Assembly (NCBI GenBank): GCA_018650165.1
Contig: JABIGM010000012.1
Coordinates: 1-50,565, forward strand
Direction of reading: 5' to 3'
DNA length: 50,565 nt
Source: Methanobacteriota archaeon
GTDB lineage: Archaea; Thermoplasmatota; Poseidoniia; Poseidoniales; Poseidoniaceae
Shown: positions 1 through 9,400 of the stretch, in pieces
Layout: each line of letters opens with the position of its first letter
Numbering within the stretch: the stretch's first letter is position 1
The notes under the pieces: generated by a model
Databases searched by the model: none
The model's input: only the letters and a program-made list of their open reading frames with translations
Told to the model about the DNA's origin: nothing
Program-made: the position numbers and the translations under genes

Positions 1-624
1 AAACACCGGTGAAAGATAGAAGCTTATTCTCAGGCCAATTGTTACCATGTGTTCTACATCCCTGGCTTTTGTTTGCAAAATACTAGTGAAAAATGCAAGT
101 CCTGTGGCCAGCATTAATATCATTATTAGGGCAACTGGAAGAAGTAAAAGTTGCGGTGAAGGCATCAGGTCATAATGAATCAGAAGGGGAATTATTACCA
201 GTAGACTTAGTAAAAATTGGAACATATTGTACCCCGATTTAGAAAAGATGAATATTTCCCTAGGGAAATATACTCTTGTTATTAGTGAAGAGCTTCTCTG
301 AATACAAGTTGTACCGTTGGAGAAAGTTTTGGCGAATAATGACCACGCTAGAATGCCAAGTAAAATTGTTAATGGCCGGTATGGATCTTCACTATCTGAT
401 AAAATTGCAAATAATATGTAGAAAGTTATAGTCAGAGCCAGTGGCTCCAATACAGACCAGCCATATCCCAAAATAGAGTTGTGGTAGCGAACCTTCAAAT
501 CCCTTCCAATAAAGTGCTTGAGAAGTTGTCTGTTATCATACAAATTTCGTATTATTTTGAAAGGTGCAGAAAAGAATGGGAGTTTACCATCTCTACGGAG
601 AACCTTGTTCTCTGAGACTCCCAT
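1..624 (-). CDS. ABC-2 type polysaccharide export permease (Wzm/TagG-like), 3'-truncated by the window edge
   Basis: Not in the ORF track. Manual minus-strand translation from ATG at 624 gives MGVSENKVLRR...FIGRDLKVRYHNSILGYGWSVLEPL...ITRVYFPREIF...FYLSPVF. The RDLKVRY-x2-S-x-LG-x2-W, VYFPRE and FYLSPVF motifs are typical of Wzm permeases. Confidence 0.85.
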   Translation of the reverse strand, partial: MGVSENKVLRRDGKLPFFSAPFKIIRNLYDNRQLLKHFIGRDLKVRYHNSILGYGWSVLEPLALTITFYILFAILSDSEDPYRPLTILLGILAWSLFAKTFSNGTTCIQRSSSLITRVYFPREIFIFSKSGYNMFQFLLSLLVIIPLLIHYDLMPSPQLLLLPVALIMILMLATGLAFFTSILQTKARDVEHMVTIGLRISFYLSPVF

Positions 625-698
625 GGAAAGTCCTGACTGAAACTACCATTTGAATGAAACCGCAATAAAACGGCGTATTAGTTGGTTTCAAAGCCGAT

Positions 699-1025
699 TC
701 ATTGGCGCCCAGCATCAAACATCTCGCGCAGAGAACCATCATTTAGCATCTCTAACGCGATGTCAGATCCACCTATCAATTCCCCATTTACGTATATCTG
801 AGGCATTGTTGGGAAATCCGACCAAGCACAAACTGAAGGAATTGCACGTGGGTCGCTTAGAATGTTTACAGAAGCAAATGGCTCTCCCATCGACTGCAAC
901 ACCTGTGCAGCACGGTTCGAGAAACCGCATTGTGGCTCTCCAGGCTCTCCTTTCATGAATAGAACGAGCGCGTGCTCGTCAACGATTGCTTGCAGTTCTT
1001 CTGGTGTCCAGTCCATTTTCTTCAC
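699..1025 (-). CDS. grxD: Monothiol glutaredoxin, Grx4/CGFS class
   Basis: LFMKG...PQCGFS active site, WSDFPTMPQIYVNGELIGGSDI motif, 108 aa. Confidence 0.95.
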   Translation of the reverse strand: MKKMDWTPEELQAIVDEHALVLFMKGEPGEPQCGFSNRAAQVLQSMGEPFASVNILSDPRAIPSVCAWSDFPTMPQIYVNGELIGGSDIALEMLNDGSLREMFDAGRQ

Positions 1026-1345
1026 TCCTTGTTTTGATGTTTCTGAATCCTCTTTATGTGGATTCCTGTTCCTCCAGCATGTGGATGGAATACTGTATCT
1101 CCTGCAGTTTCAGCTTGTGCAGGAGTCATGCATTTGAGATCAATAGCATGAATTGGATGCGGAATATAGGGTTTGAAATGATTTAAAATCAATTTTTGGC
1201 GTTGCAGTGGCCTCATTCCATTAAACGACTCTGCGATAATTCTGATGTGAAAATGGTCTTGTGTGCCGTTCAAATCAACAGCCTCAACATTGCAATCTGG
1301 AATGACTCCTCGGATTTCTTCTTCCAACCACTCACATGTCACCAT
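1022..1345 (-). CDS. bolA: BolA/IbaG family protein
   Basis: DLNGTQDHFHIRIIAESFNGMRPLQRQKLI...IHAIDLKCMTP is a BolA signature. The probable start is MVTCEW at 1345; the track ORF extends to 1465 into the neighbouring gene. It overlaps grxD by 4 nt. Confidence 0.9.
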   Translation of the reverse strand: MVTCEWLEEEIRGVIPDCNVEAVDLNGTQDHFHIRIIAESFNGMRPLQRQKLILNHFKPYIPHPIHAIDLKCMTPAQAETAGDTVFHPHAGGTGIHIKRIQKHQNKE

Positions 1346-1397
1346 ATGCCTCCCCAGAAGGGGCTGTGCTTTGAACCATTGTCCTACTAGCCCAATC

Positions 1398-2777
1398 ATG
1401 CGGAGGCCGAAATTAGCGCGCGATACCGTGTGGCTAGCCTCTTCGGATGGCCTTGCAATTATCATTGGGTTGATCGGCCAGATAATTCTTGCAAAGGCTC
1501 TGCTACAGTCCGATTATGGGCTACTGGTGGTCATCATCGATGCGTTTGCTACAATGTATATTCTAATCGATGCTGGTCTTCCAACTATTCTTTCACGTGA
1601 TGTTCCTCGCGCCCCTGGGGCCTCAAAGAAAGCGGTTAGGAGGGTTTTGAAATTACAAGCTATGATTGCAATCCCATTCGTATTGTTGAGTGCGATTGGC
1701 TCATCGATGATATGGCCTGATATCCCAGTTGCCTTACTATTGGCTTGTGGTGCTGTTGGTTTGGGCCACATTATGGCCTATCCTCATCGAAGCATGATGC
1801 GTGCTTTGGGTGAAGCCAGATTAGAGTCGATTGTGAAATTGTTAGAGCGAATAATTTCTACGTCATTATACTGGATATTTTTGACAAAGGGATATGATTC
1901 TCCTACGATTTACGCGTTTGGATTTTCAATTGGCGTTTTTATTTCTCTAATTGGAACATTATGGTTAGGAGAGCGAATTGCAAGAGACGACGGAGACGAG
2001 TTGCCACCTGAGTGGAATTCTAACAAAACCCTGCTTATTGCAGCCCTTCCATTCGCAATAACTTTGGGAATTTTACCGTATGTAACCAAACTCGAAAAGT
2101 TCCTTTTAGCCGGACTTTCATCGTATGACGATGTTAGTTTGTATCACGTTGCCCAACTCGCTTGGATTGCAGGATTGATGTTCCCCCAAGCAATGAGATC
2201 TGCACTACTGCCCTATCTGGGGGAAGTCAGAGATAAGCCTAAAAAATTCTCAAGCAGAATGTTAGTCGCACATCATTGGACTCTTGTTTTGTTGCCCATC
2301 GGATTACTTGCTGGACACATTATTGTTTCATTCTCAATTCCAATGTTCTTCGATTCTGAATATTCACAAGCAGTGGAAGTTTTCGATATTCTACTTGCTG
2401 GGTGGGCTATGACCTTGCTTTCGATTCCATGGTATGTGGCACTGCAAGCAGGTAATAACCCCTGGAGGTTTACATCTCTTATCTCATTAGTAGTAATCGC
2501 TGCTGGGGTGTCAGGCTGGTTCCTAATTCCTGAATATGGAGTAATGGGTGCTGCATGGGCAAGTGTTGTAGGATGCTCCATCATGCTATCTTTTTCCAAG
2601 ATGCTTTGTGGTGATGAAGAGAGGTTGACTGATGGTTTGGCATTATTTTGTGTTGCGACTTGTTACCTTATGTCGGTAGGCAGCCCATTGGCACTAATCG
2701 GTTTACTTACAGTGATTCCAGCATGGAATTCCATTCGGTTTTTACGTTCTCAACCTCACAGTTCTGAGGAAGAGTAG
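1398..2777 (+). CDS. Wzx-like flippase / polysaccharide biosynthesis membrane protein (MOP superfamily)
   Basis: About 12-13 hydrophobic segments. Motifs LAKALLQSDYGLL, DAGLPTILSRDV, YHVAQ and LIPEYGVMGAAWASV. Probable start MRRPKLARD at 1398. Confidence 0.85.
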   Translation: MRRPKLARDTVWLASSDGLAIIIGLIGQIILAKALLQSDYGLLVVIIDAFATMYILIDAGLPTILSRDVPRAPGASKKAVRRVLKLQAMIAIPFVLLSAIGSSMIWPDIPVALLLACGAVGLGHIMAYPHRSMMRALGEARLESIVKLLERIISTSLYWIFLTKGYDSPTIYAFGFSIGVFISLIGTLWLGERIARDDGDELPPEWNSNKTLLIAALPFAITLGILPYVTKLEKFLLAGLSSYDDVSLYHVAQLAWIAGLMFPQAMRSALLPYLGEVRDKPKKFSSRMLVAHHWTLVLLPIGLLAGHIIVSFSIPMFFDSEYSQAVEVFDILLAGWAMTLLSIPWYVALQAGNNPWRFTSLISLVVIAAGVSGWFLIPEYGVMGAAWASVVGCSIMLSFSKMLCGDEERLTDGLALFCVATCYLMSVGSPLALIGLLTVIPAWNSIRFLRSQPHSSEEE

Positions 2778-3723
2778 CCTCGCTGCCATTTTGAAGTCGG
2801 TTTTCAATAGCATCTGCTAATGCACTTACTTCAGTCGGGTAAACTTCCATCCATTCACTCAAATCGCCGACATTAACCGCTACAACAGGGCATCCGCAAA
2901 CTATTGCTTCCTTTGCAACAAGAGGTCCTGACTCTCGAGTTGATGTAATCAGGCATACATCGGCTGCGAGCATTCTATCCCAAACCATAGTTCTCGGTTG
3001 CTTTTTTAGAGTAGTAATGCCAACTTTCCAACCTCTTGTTTCGAGTTCTTCGCCTACCCTTAATGCGAGAATATGATTTTTTTCAGGGCGGCGCGGGTCT
3101 GCTGGAAATAAGATATCTATCTTTGATTTCCTGAACAACCCTTTGAACTTCTTCATTGGTTTATGCCACTCAGTATCTACATTTACATGACATGGTATAG
3201 TTTGTGAATCGAACCGTGAAAGGGAATTTGAAACTACGACTAGCCTATTCGCTGAACGGGCTAATTCCTCTATGCGTTTGGCCCTATGGTCTTGTAATGC
3301 AACATCGAAATCGTGACCATGTACCACTGCTATCCAAGGAATTCCTTGCTTGATTGCAATACTTCTAGCGGTAATGGCAGCTGGCCAAAGAGTGTGGCAA
3401 ATTACTACATCTGCGCTCCATTTTGATTTTATTCTCGCTGCACTAAATGCAGTTATTGAGGGAAACTCAGGAGTTTCCCAATGTCGTTTAACTTCAACCG
3501 GGTAATCGCCATGATTGAATGTTTTAGGAGCTTTAGAAACCCCTTCCATCGTCGACCTTCGGGCTTCGTTTATCTTTAGCATTCGAGGTAACACATTCAG
3601 AATTCTAACCTCGTGGCCTAATGCAGTAAGTAATTCAGCGTGGTCGGAAACAAATGTGCCACGCGCAACGTTCTCAGGTAGAGGAAACAGCCGGGTTACC
3701 AGCAGAATTTTCATCTTTATCAC
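2707..3723 (-). CDS. Glycosyltransferase family 4 (GT-B fold)
   Basis: MKILLVTRLFP N-terminus, HGHDFD, KNHILAL, STRESGPLVAKEAIVCGCPVVAVNVGDL (E-x7-E type GT4 motif). Confidence 0.85.
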   Translation of the reverse strand: MIKMKILLVTRLFPLPENVARGTFVSDHAELLTALGHEVRILNVLPRMLKINEARRSTMEGVSKAPKTFNHGDYPVEVKRHWETPEFPSITAFSAARIKSKWSADVVICHTLWPAAITARSIAIKQGIPWIAVVHGHDFDVALQDHRAKRIEELARSANRLVVVSNSLSRFDSQTIPCHVNVDTEWHKPMKKFKGLFRKSKIDILFPADPRRPEKNHILALRVGEELETRGWKVGITTLKKQPRTMVWDRMLAADVCLITSTRESGPLVAKEAIVCGCPVVAVNVGDLSEWMEVYPTEVSALADAIENRLQNGSEATLPQNCEVENVKTEWNSMLESL

Positions 3724-4391
3724 TCAAGTGCTTGGTGAATTACTGCAAGGTTTTCTGCAACACTTGCATTGTCATTGAATAGTCCAGAGCCTACAACGCA
3801 GTTACTAACGCCCCATTCTCTTAACATCGCAATGTTATGTGCCTTTACTCCACCATCGATTTGGATTTGAACCGGCCTACCGCCTGCTGCAACCTGTGCA
3901 TCGATTGCACTTTTCAGTCGGCGGATTTTTGTCTCAACTGATGGAATGAAAGATTGACCTCCAAAACCTGGATTGACACTCATTATCAATACTAAATCAA
4001 TTTCAGAAAGTACTTCCAGTGCCGCTTCGACTGGTGTCGCTGGGTTCAGAGTTACGCCAGCGGTTGCTCCAGCATCACGAATTGCAGTAACGCACCTGTG
4101 CAAGTGTGTTACAGCTTCAACATGTACTGAAATGTGGTTGCAGCCTGCATCAATATATTGCTGAAACGAATCTTCAGCATTTGAAACCATCAAATGGGCA
4201 TCGAATGTTGGGCCATCACCGAGCGCTTTGCGTAGTTTTGCAATTACCGGGGGTCCAAACGTTAGATTTGGGACAAAATTTCCGTCCATCACATCGAGGT
4301 GTAGCCAATTTAATCCAGCATCAACAGCCTTACTGCATGCCTTTCCCAAGTCAGCGAGATCCGCTGTTAAGACTGATGGTGCGATAATCAT
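3720..4391 (-). CDS. rpe: Ribulose-phosphate 3-epimerase
   Basis: IAPSVL, LHLDVMDGNFVPNLTFGP, DAHLMV, LIMSVNPGFGGQSFIP, IQIDGGV, VVGSGLF. Confidence 0.97.
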   Translation of the reverse strand: MIIAPSVLTADLADLGKACSKAVDAGLNWLHLDVMDGNFVPNLTFGPPVIAKLRKALGDGPTFDAHLMVSNAEDSFQQYIDAGCNHISVHVEAVTHLHRCVTAIRDAGATAGVTLNPATPVEAALEVLSEIDLVLIMSVNPGFGGQSFIPSVETKIRRLKSAIDAQVAAGGRPVQIQIDGGVKAHNIAMLREWGVSNCVVGSGLFNDNASVAENLAVIHQALE

Positions 4392-4490
4392 CGATTACCC
4401 TCTCAACTACTGCGAGAAGGAGAGGTGTCAAGAGGATTGGGGTACAAGCAAACCCTCTTAGGAGAGCCCCTCGACGGCCACTTAGGTGAG

Positions 4491-4823
4491 ATGATGGGTG
4501 AAGTGAAGGCTGTCGGAGATGCAAATTTTGATGAAGCAATTAGTGGCGACGAGTGGGTCTTAGTTGACTTCTGGGCTCCTTGGTGTGGCCCTTGTAAAGC
4601 ACTTGGACCAGTTCTAGAACAGATCGCTGCAGAATCTCCGGTAACAATTGCAAAGGTAAACACCGATACCGATTCAATGAATGCTGCACGCCTAGGTGTT
4701 CGCGGTATTCCAGCATTATTCCTTTTCCATAATGGAAAAATGGTTGCAAACCAAGCGGGCATGGTTCCAAAACCTGCGCTAATGAATTGGTTAAACCAGC
4801 ATATGTCTGCTGATGATTTCTGA
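4491..4823 (+). CDS. trxA: Thioredoxin
   Basis: LVDFWAPWCGPCK and VRGIPAL cis-Pro motif. Start at 4491 follows an AGGTGAG Shine-Dalgarno-like sequence. Confidence 0.95.
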   Translation: MMGEVKAVGDANFDEAISGDEWVLVDFWAPWCGPCKALGPVLEQIAAESPVTIAKVNTDTDSMNAARLGVRGIPALFLFHNGKMVANQAGMVPKPALMNWLNQHMSADDF

Positions 4824-6374
4824 TTAATTCAATTTGTCTTTGCGCTTTTGGGAAGCGCTACCAACTTCTCTCAGGAATCTCTCTCTAAGTGCTTCGTGTA
4901 GCCACATTCCTTCTTCTAGTTCTAAGAGTAGACCATAGGCGAGTAATCTTTCAGGTGGTTTACCTTCCCACCCCGCGGCTTTAGCAAGTTTTGCCCAAGG
5001 TACTGGAGAGTCTGAAACCGCAAGGGTTGCCAGTAGTTCGTGTTCTTGGGCTGGCATTTGTGTGATAATTTCTTCATCAAGGAATTTCAACCAATCGCCA
5101 TGTGTAGCTTGGCCATAAATCTCTAACAATTCGAGGGCGAGTGGGTGACCTCCTGTCATGCGATGAACTTCTTTTGCTGGAGGCGGGCTACCTTTCATTC
5201 CTTCAACCCATGTTGAAATTTCATCAACAGTAAGTCCTTGCAGCGGTAATTCTTCAACCAAATTCCGCGTATGTACGTCACGGCGGTCATAAACATCCAA
5301 TGTTGTCCGAGAAACAAACACTAGGCGAAGAGGAGATTTCTTGGAAATATCCAGAAGAGCGCCAAGAAGATCTCGGGCTTTGCCTACTACATGGTGAACG
5401 TCATCTAATACGATTAACCAATATGGAGGAGGTCCGCCCGATTCATCATTAAAACGCTCGCGTATAGCCTGTGCATCGGTTAGATAGGCTAGCAATCTAC
5501 GCCTCCATGCATCAATATCAAATTCTGCACCAGGGGTCAAAGGTAGTGTTTCCATCAATTGGTATGGGTCATGTTTGTCATCAACTCCAAAACGATGCAA
5601 CAATGATACTGCAATTCCAACTGCTTTATCCCACGGCTGACATGGATACCAGCATACAGAGAGGTGAGGAACTTCTGCCATTTTTGATGCTAACCAATTA
5701 GCTACAATTGTAGATTTGCCAATCCCTGCTATACCATGTACTACCATGCAGGGGGACCCCTTCTTGAACCACGTATTCATCTCATCAAGTGTCTCAACCC
5801 TTCCATGAACTGGGCGTGTTTGTGGTGGAGAGGTATGGTATGTTGCATGAGCGCCCGCTAGTAATTTCAAGCGGCCCGGCGGCGGGAGTTCAGTATCTTC
5901 CTGATTATTGGTAACTAGCCCAAACCGGATATCTCCAAAGGTTAGTACGCCTTCGTGTTGTGCGTGAAGAAGTACCTGCAATACTGATAATTCTGCGTGT
6001 AGTCTATGCGAAGCCAGCCCTGCTTCGATTTCTAGCAAGGTGCCCTCGGAATCCCGAATCAGAACTTTGGTTGTGGATAGAATATTCAACCGATTATTAG
6101 CTTCTAAGCGACCCACGTCGGTTAACTGCCAAGTCTTTTGTCGCCTATCATCCCCGCGAATTGCTCGTGAATGTTCGCTAACCTGTTTGTTACGAAGTAA
6201 GTCACGCATTGTACGGCTCACATTAGGGGGGTGTTGAGCACAAGCTTCGGCTATTCCAGGTCGTGTTAATGCCGCAGTAACAACGAACCTGTCAGCCTGC
6301 TCGTCTTCCTCCAAAAGGTGAAGGAAAATGCGGTCTTTTACCGCAATGTTCACCTTTGGAATATCGTCTGCCAC
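4824..6374 (-). CDS. N-terminal winged-HTH plus STAND-class P-loop NTPase (NB-ARC/MalT-like), with no C-terminal repeat sensor
   Basis: MarR-like wHTH in aa ~10-95, Walker A GIAGIGKST, Walker B LIVLDDVH, sensor-like FVSRT, GxP motif TGGHPLAL, and MHD-like WLHEALR about 20 aa from the C-terminus. Confidence 0.8.
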   Translation of the reverse strand: MADDIPKVNIAVKDRIFLHLLEEDEQADRFVVTAALTRPGIAEACAQHPPNVSRTMRDLLRNKQVSEHSRAIRGDDRRQKTWQLTDVGRLEANNRLNILSTTKVLIRDSEGTLLEIEAGLASHRLHAELSVLQVLLHAQHEGVLTFGDIRFGLVTNNQEDTELPPPGRLKLLAGAHATYHTSPPQTRPVHGRVETLDEMNTWFKKGSPCMVVHGIAGIGKSTIVANWLASKMAEVPHLSVCWYPCQPWDKAVGIAVSLLHRFGVDDKHDPYQLMETLPLTPGAEFDIDAWRRRLLAYLTDAQAIRERFNDESGGPPPYWLIVLDDVHHVVGKARDLLGALLDISKKSPLRLVFVSRTTLDVYDRRDVHTRNLVEELPLQGLTVDEISTWVEGMKGSPPPAKEVHRMTGGHPLALELLEIYGQATHGDWLKFLDEEIITQMPAQEHELLATLAVSDSPVPWAKLAKAAGWEGKPPERLLAYGLLLELEEGMWLHEALRERFLREVGSASQKRKDKLN

Positions 6375-6478
6375 ACCTCTCCTATACCGATTTACAATTC
6401 AACGATTTCCCTTACCCGGCCGGGCGCCACTGCACAAATGTACCGCAAAACCTTTTGTGAGGAACCTTACCCAAAGGC

Positions 6479-9400
6479 ATGGCAACCCAAACCCGACCTG
6501 CAATTATTTTTGCTATTTTGATGGTTTCCATGGTTGGGCTACCTCTAGTATCCGGCGCAGATGGAGATGGCGATGGGATTGAGGATTCTGTCGATGATTG
6601 TCCTTTTGCTCCTGGAAATTCAACTGTAGACAAAGATGGTTGCCCTGACCGAGATGGCGATGGTACGTCTGATGTAAACGATGGGTGGACTTCTGGAAAC
6701 CCTAGTTTTGCTAAAGATATTTCATTACCCTCAAATTATGATTACTGGGATGTAGATCATTCTCCCGATGGAGAATTTGTTGTATCTGCTGATGAAAATG
6801 GCTTCGTTCGCATTAGAAACGCAACTACGGGCATAATTGTTCGCTCGGTTCAGGCATTTACAGATGATGCGACTCAAATCGCATGGTCAGGAGATGGTGT
6901 TTACATTGCTGTAACAACCGATGCTCAGGACACCGTCAAAATGTATTGGGCTAGCAATCTATCTGATGTCCATGGAGACATTTCGTCAGACGTTGGGAGC
7001 GGTGACGAAGCTCTAGACTTGGCATTCTCTCACGATGGAAGTATGCTCGCGATTGCAATTGGGCGCTCAGGCAATAGTGGAACAAATGGAGTTGTCCGCG
7101 TGATTAACACGAGCGATGGTTCTGTAATCAATAATGCAAATCCTGCTGGAGAAGACCGCTTTTACAGTGTCGCGTTTTCTCCTAGCGACACACACCTTGT
7201 AGCTGGAGGAAATGGTGAAGCGTACATTGTGGACACTAGTTCATGGGCTACAACTTACACTATTGGAACTCCTTCTGGAAGCGTGAATGATGTTGCTTGG
7301 TCTCCTGATGGACAACGAATTGCTGTTTGTGAAGGGTATGTTCAGAGCCAAGGAGGCTCGTCACTTCGAATCTTCAATACCGGAAACTGGGCGAATCACA
7401 AAACATGGTCTCATTCATCGTCGTGTTTGACTACCGATTTCTCACCCGATAGTAAGCAAGTTGTTTTCGGCGGAAGTAATTACCAAACCGATGGAGCTAA
7501 AATGCGAGTGTTTGATGTTGATACAGGTAATGCAGTGGATACTCTAGAACAACCGCGACCCAATGGTTGCCAAGGCATAGGTAACAATTGTGGACGAACC
7601 AACGGTGTTTCATGGGCCCCTGATGGTGCACGAATTGCACAAGCCTTTGAAACTAATGATGAAGGACTTTACATTTGGTTTGCCGATTTAGATCCTGATA
7701 ATGATGGATGGAATACTACAGATCAGGGCGATGGTCGTAGCGATTCATTCCCTGATGATACAACTCAATGGAATGACACTGACAACGATGGTTATGGAGA
7801 CAATCCTTTGCCTGCTAATCAAGGAGATGATTGTCCTACTACCTATGGCACTAGTTGGCAAGACCGTTTTGGTTGCCCTGATGGAGATAGTGATGGCTAC
7901 TCAGATGAGGGGGATGTTTTTCCTGCAAATCACGAACAGTGGGCTGATTCAGATTCAGATGGCTATGGTGATAATCCCTATTACTCAATTCAAGAATTTA
8001 CTGAACTAAGGTATGACCAGAGGGGAGATGCGTTCCCTATGAACCCAACTCAATGGAACGATACCGATGGTGATGGCTGGGGCGATAATTATCATGACTC
8101 TACATGGAATGCTATTAGACCAGTCGATGATCCAGCAACAGTTGATGTTGATGAAAGTTGGCCCGGGATTTATGACCCTGCTGCAACACAAGTTGACAAA
8201 TTCCCTCTCTTCCGATATCAATGGAATGATACTGATGGAGATTGGATAGGAGATGAACCTAACACGCCTCTTTCCGATGGCTGTCCAAATACATGGGGCA
8301 ATTCATCAGAAGATCGCGTGGGTTGCGAGGATGCTGATGGCGACGGTTGGTCTAATCCAACTCCAGATTGGCCAGCCCATCCAACCGGTGATGCTGATAC
8401 ATTCCCTGACGATCCAACTCAGTGGAGAGATAGCGATGGAGATGGCTTTGGAGACAACACAACCGGAAATAACCCTGACGAATGTCCCGGTGAGTATGGA
8501 ACATCTTCTATTGACAGAGTAGGTTGTCCTGATGCTGATGGTGATGGCTGGTCCAATGCAGGAGACCCATTCCCTACAGATGGAACTCAATGGGAAGACC
8601 GTGATAATGACAACTACGGCGATAATCCATTAGGTAACAATCCTGATGCATTCCCTGATGATCAAAGCCAGTGGGCTGATACCGACGGAGATGGTTATGG
8701 TGATAGAAAGGTCTTGCCAAATGGCGACTGGTTTCCTAATGACCCCACGCAGTGGAGTGATTTTGACAATGACGGATATGGAGATAATTCCGAGGGTAAT
8801 AATGGAGACCAATGCCCCGAATTGTACGGGGAATCTACTATCCCTGCTGCACGAGGTTGCCCAGATACCGATAAAGATGGAGTCGTAGATCCATTCGATG
8901 CTTTCCCAGAAGATTTCTACCAGCAGACTGACAATGATGGTGATGGATGGGGAGATAACCAAGCTGTTCCAAATGGAGATGAATGCCCAGAAGAATTTGG
9001 CACTAGCACCAATAATTCACGCCAAGGATGCCCTGATAGCGATGGAGATTCCTGGGCTGACAGCGATGATAAATTCCCGAATGACGCTAAGCAATGGGAA
9101 GACATTGACTTAGATGGCTGGGGCGATAATTATGGGTGGATAAACACCACGATTGCCGATGAGCAAGACCTTGGAAATTTGATTACTGTAAGAGAACAGT
9201 GGGGAGATGCATTTCCAACAGACCCAAGTCAATGGTCCGATATGGATGGAGATGGCTTTGGAGACAATAACACAGGCCGTTTAGCTGATGCGTTTCCTAT
9301 GAGAGATACCCAATGGGCAGATACTGATGGTGATGGTTTTGGCGATAACCATGCGCTTGGTTCTTGGCAATCGGATGAGTGCGAATTGAAATATGGAACC

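Noticed and set aside
1263-1465. Apparent 200-nt head-to-head overlap of bolA and the flippase in the ORF track
   Set aside because: It is an artefact of longest-ORF starts. The plausible starts at 1345 (-) and 1398 (+) leave a normal 52-nt divergent spacer. Similar over-extensions occur at 4425, 18707, 25827, 31307 and 49116.
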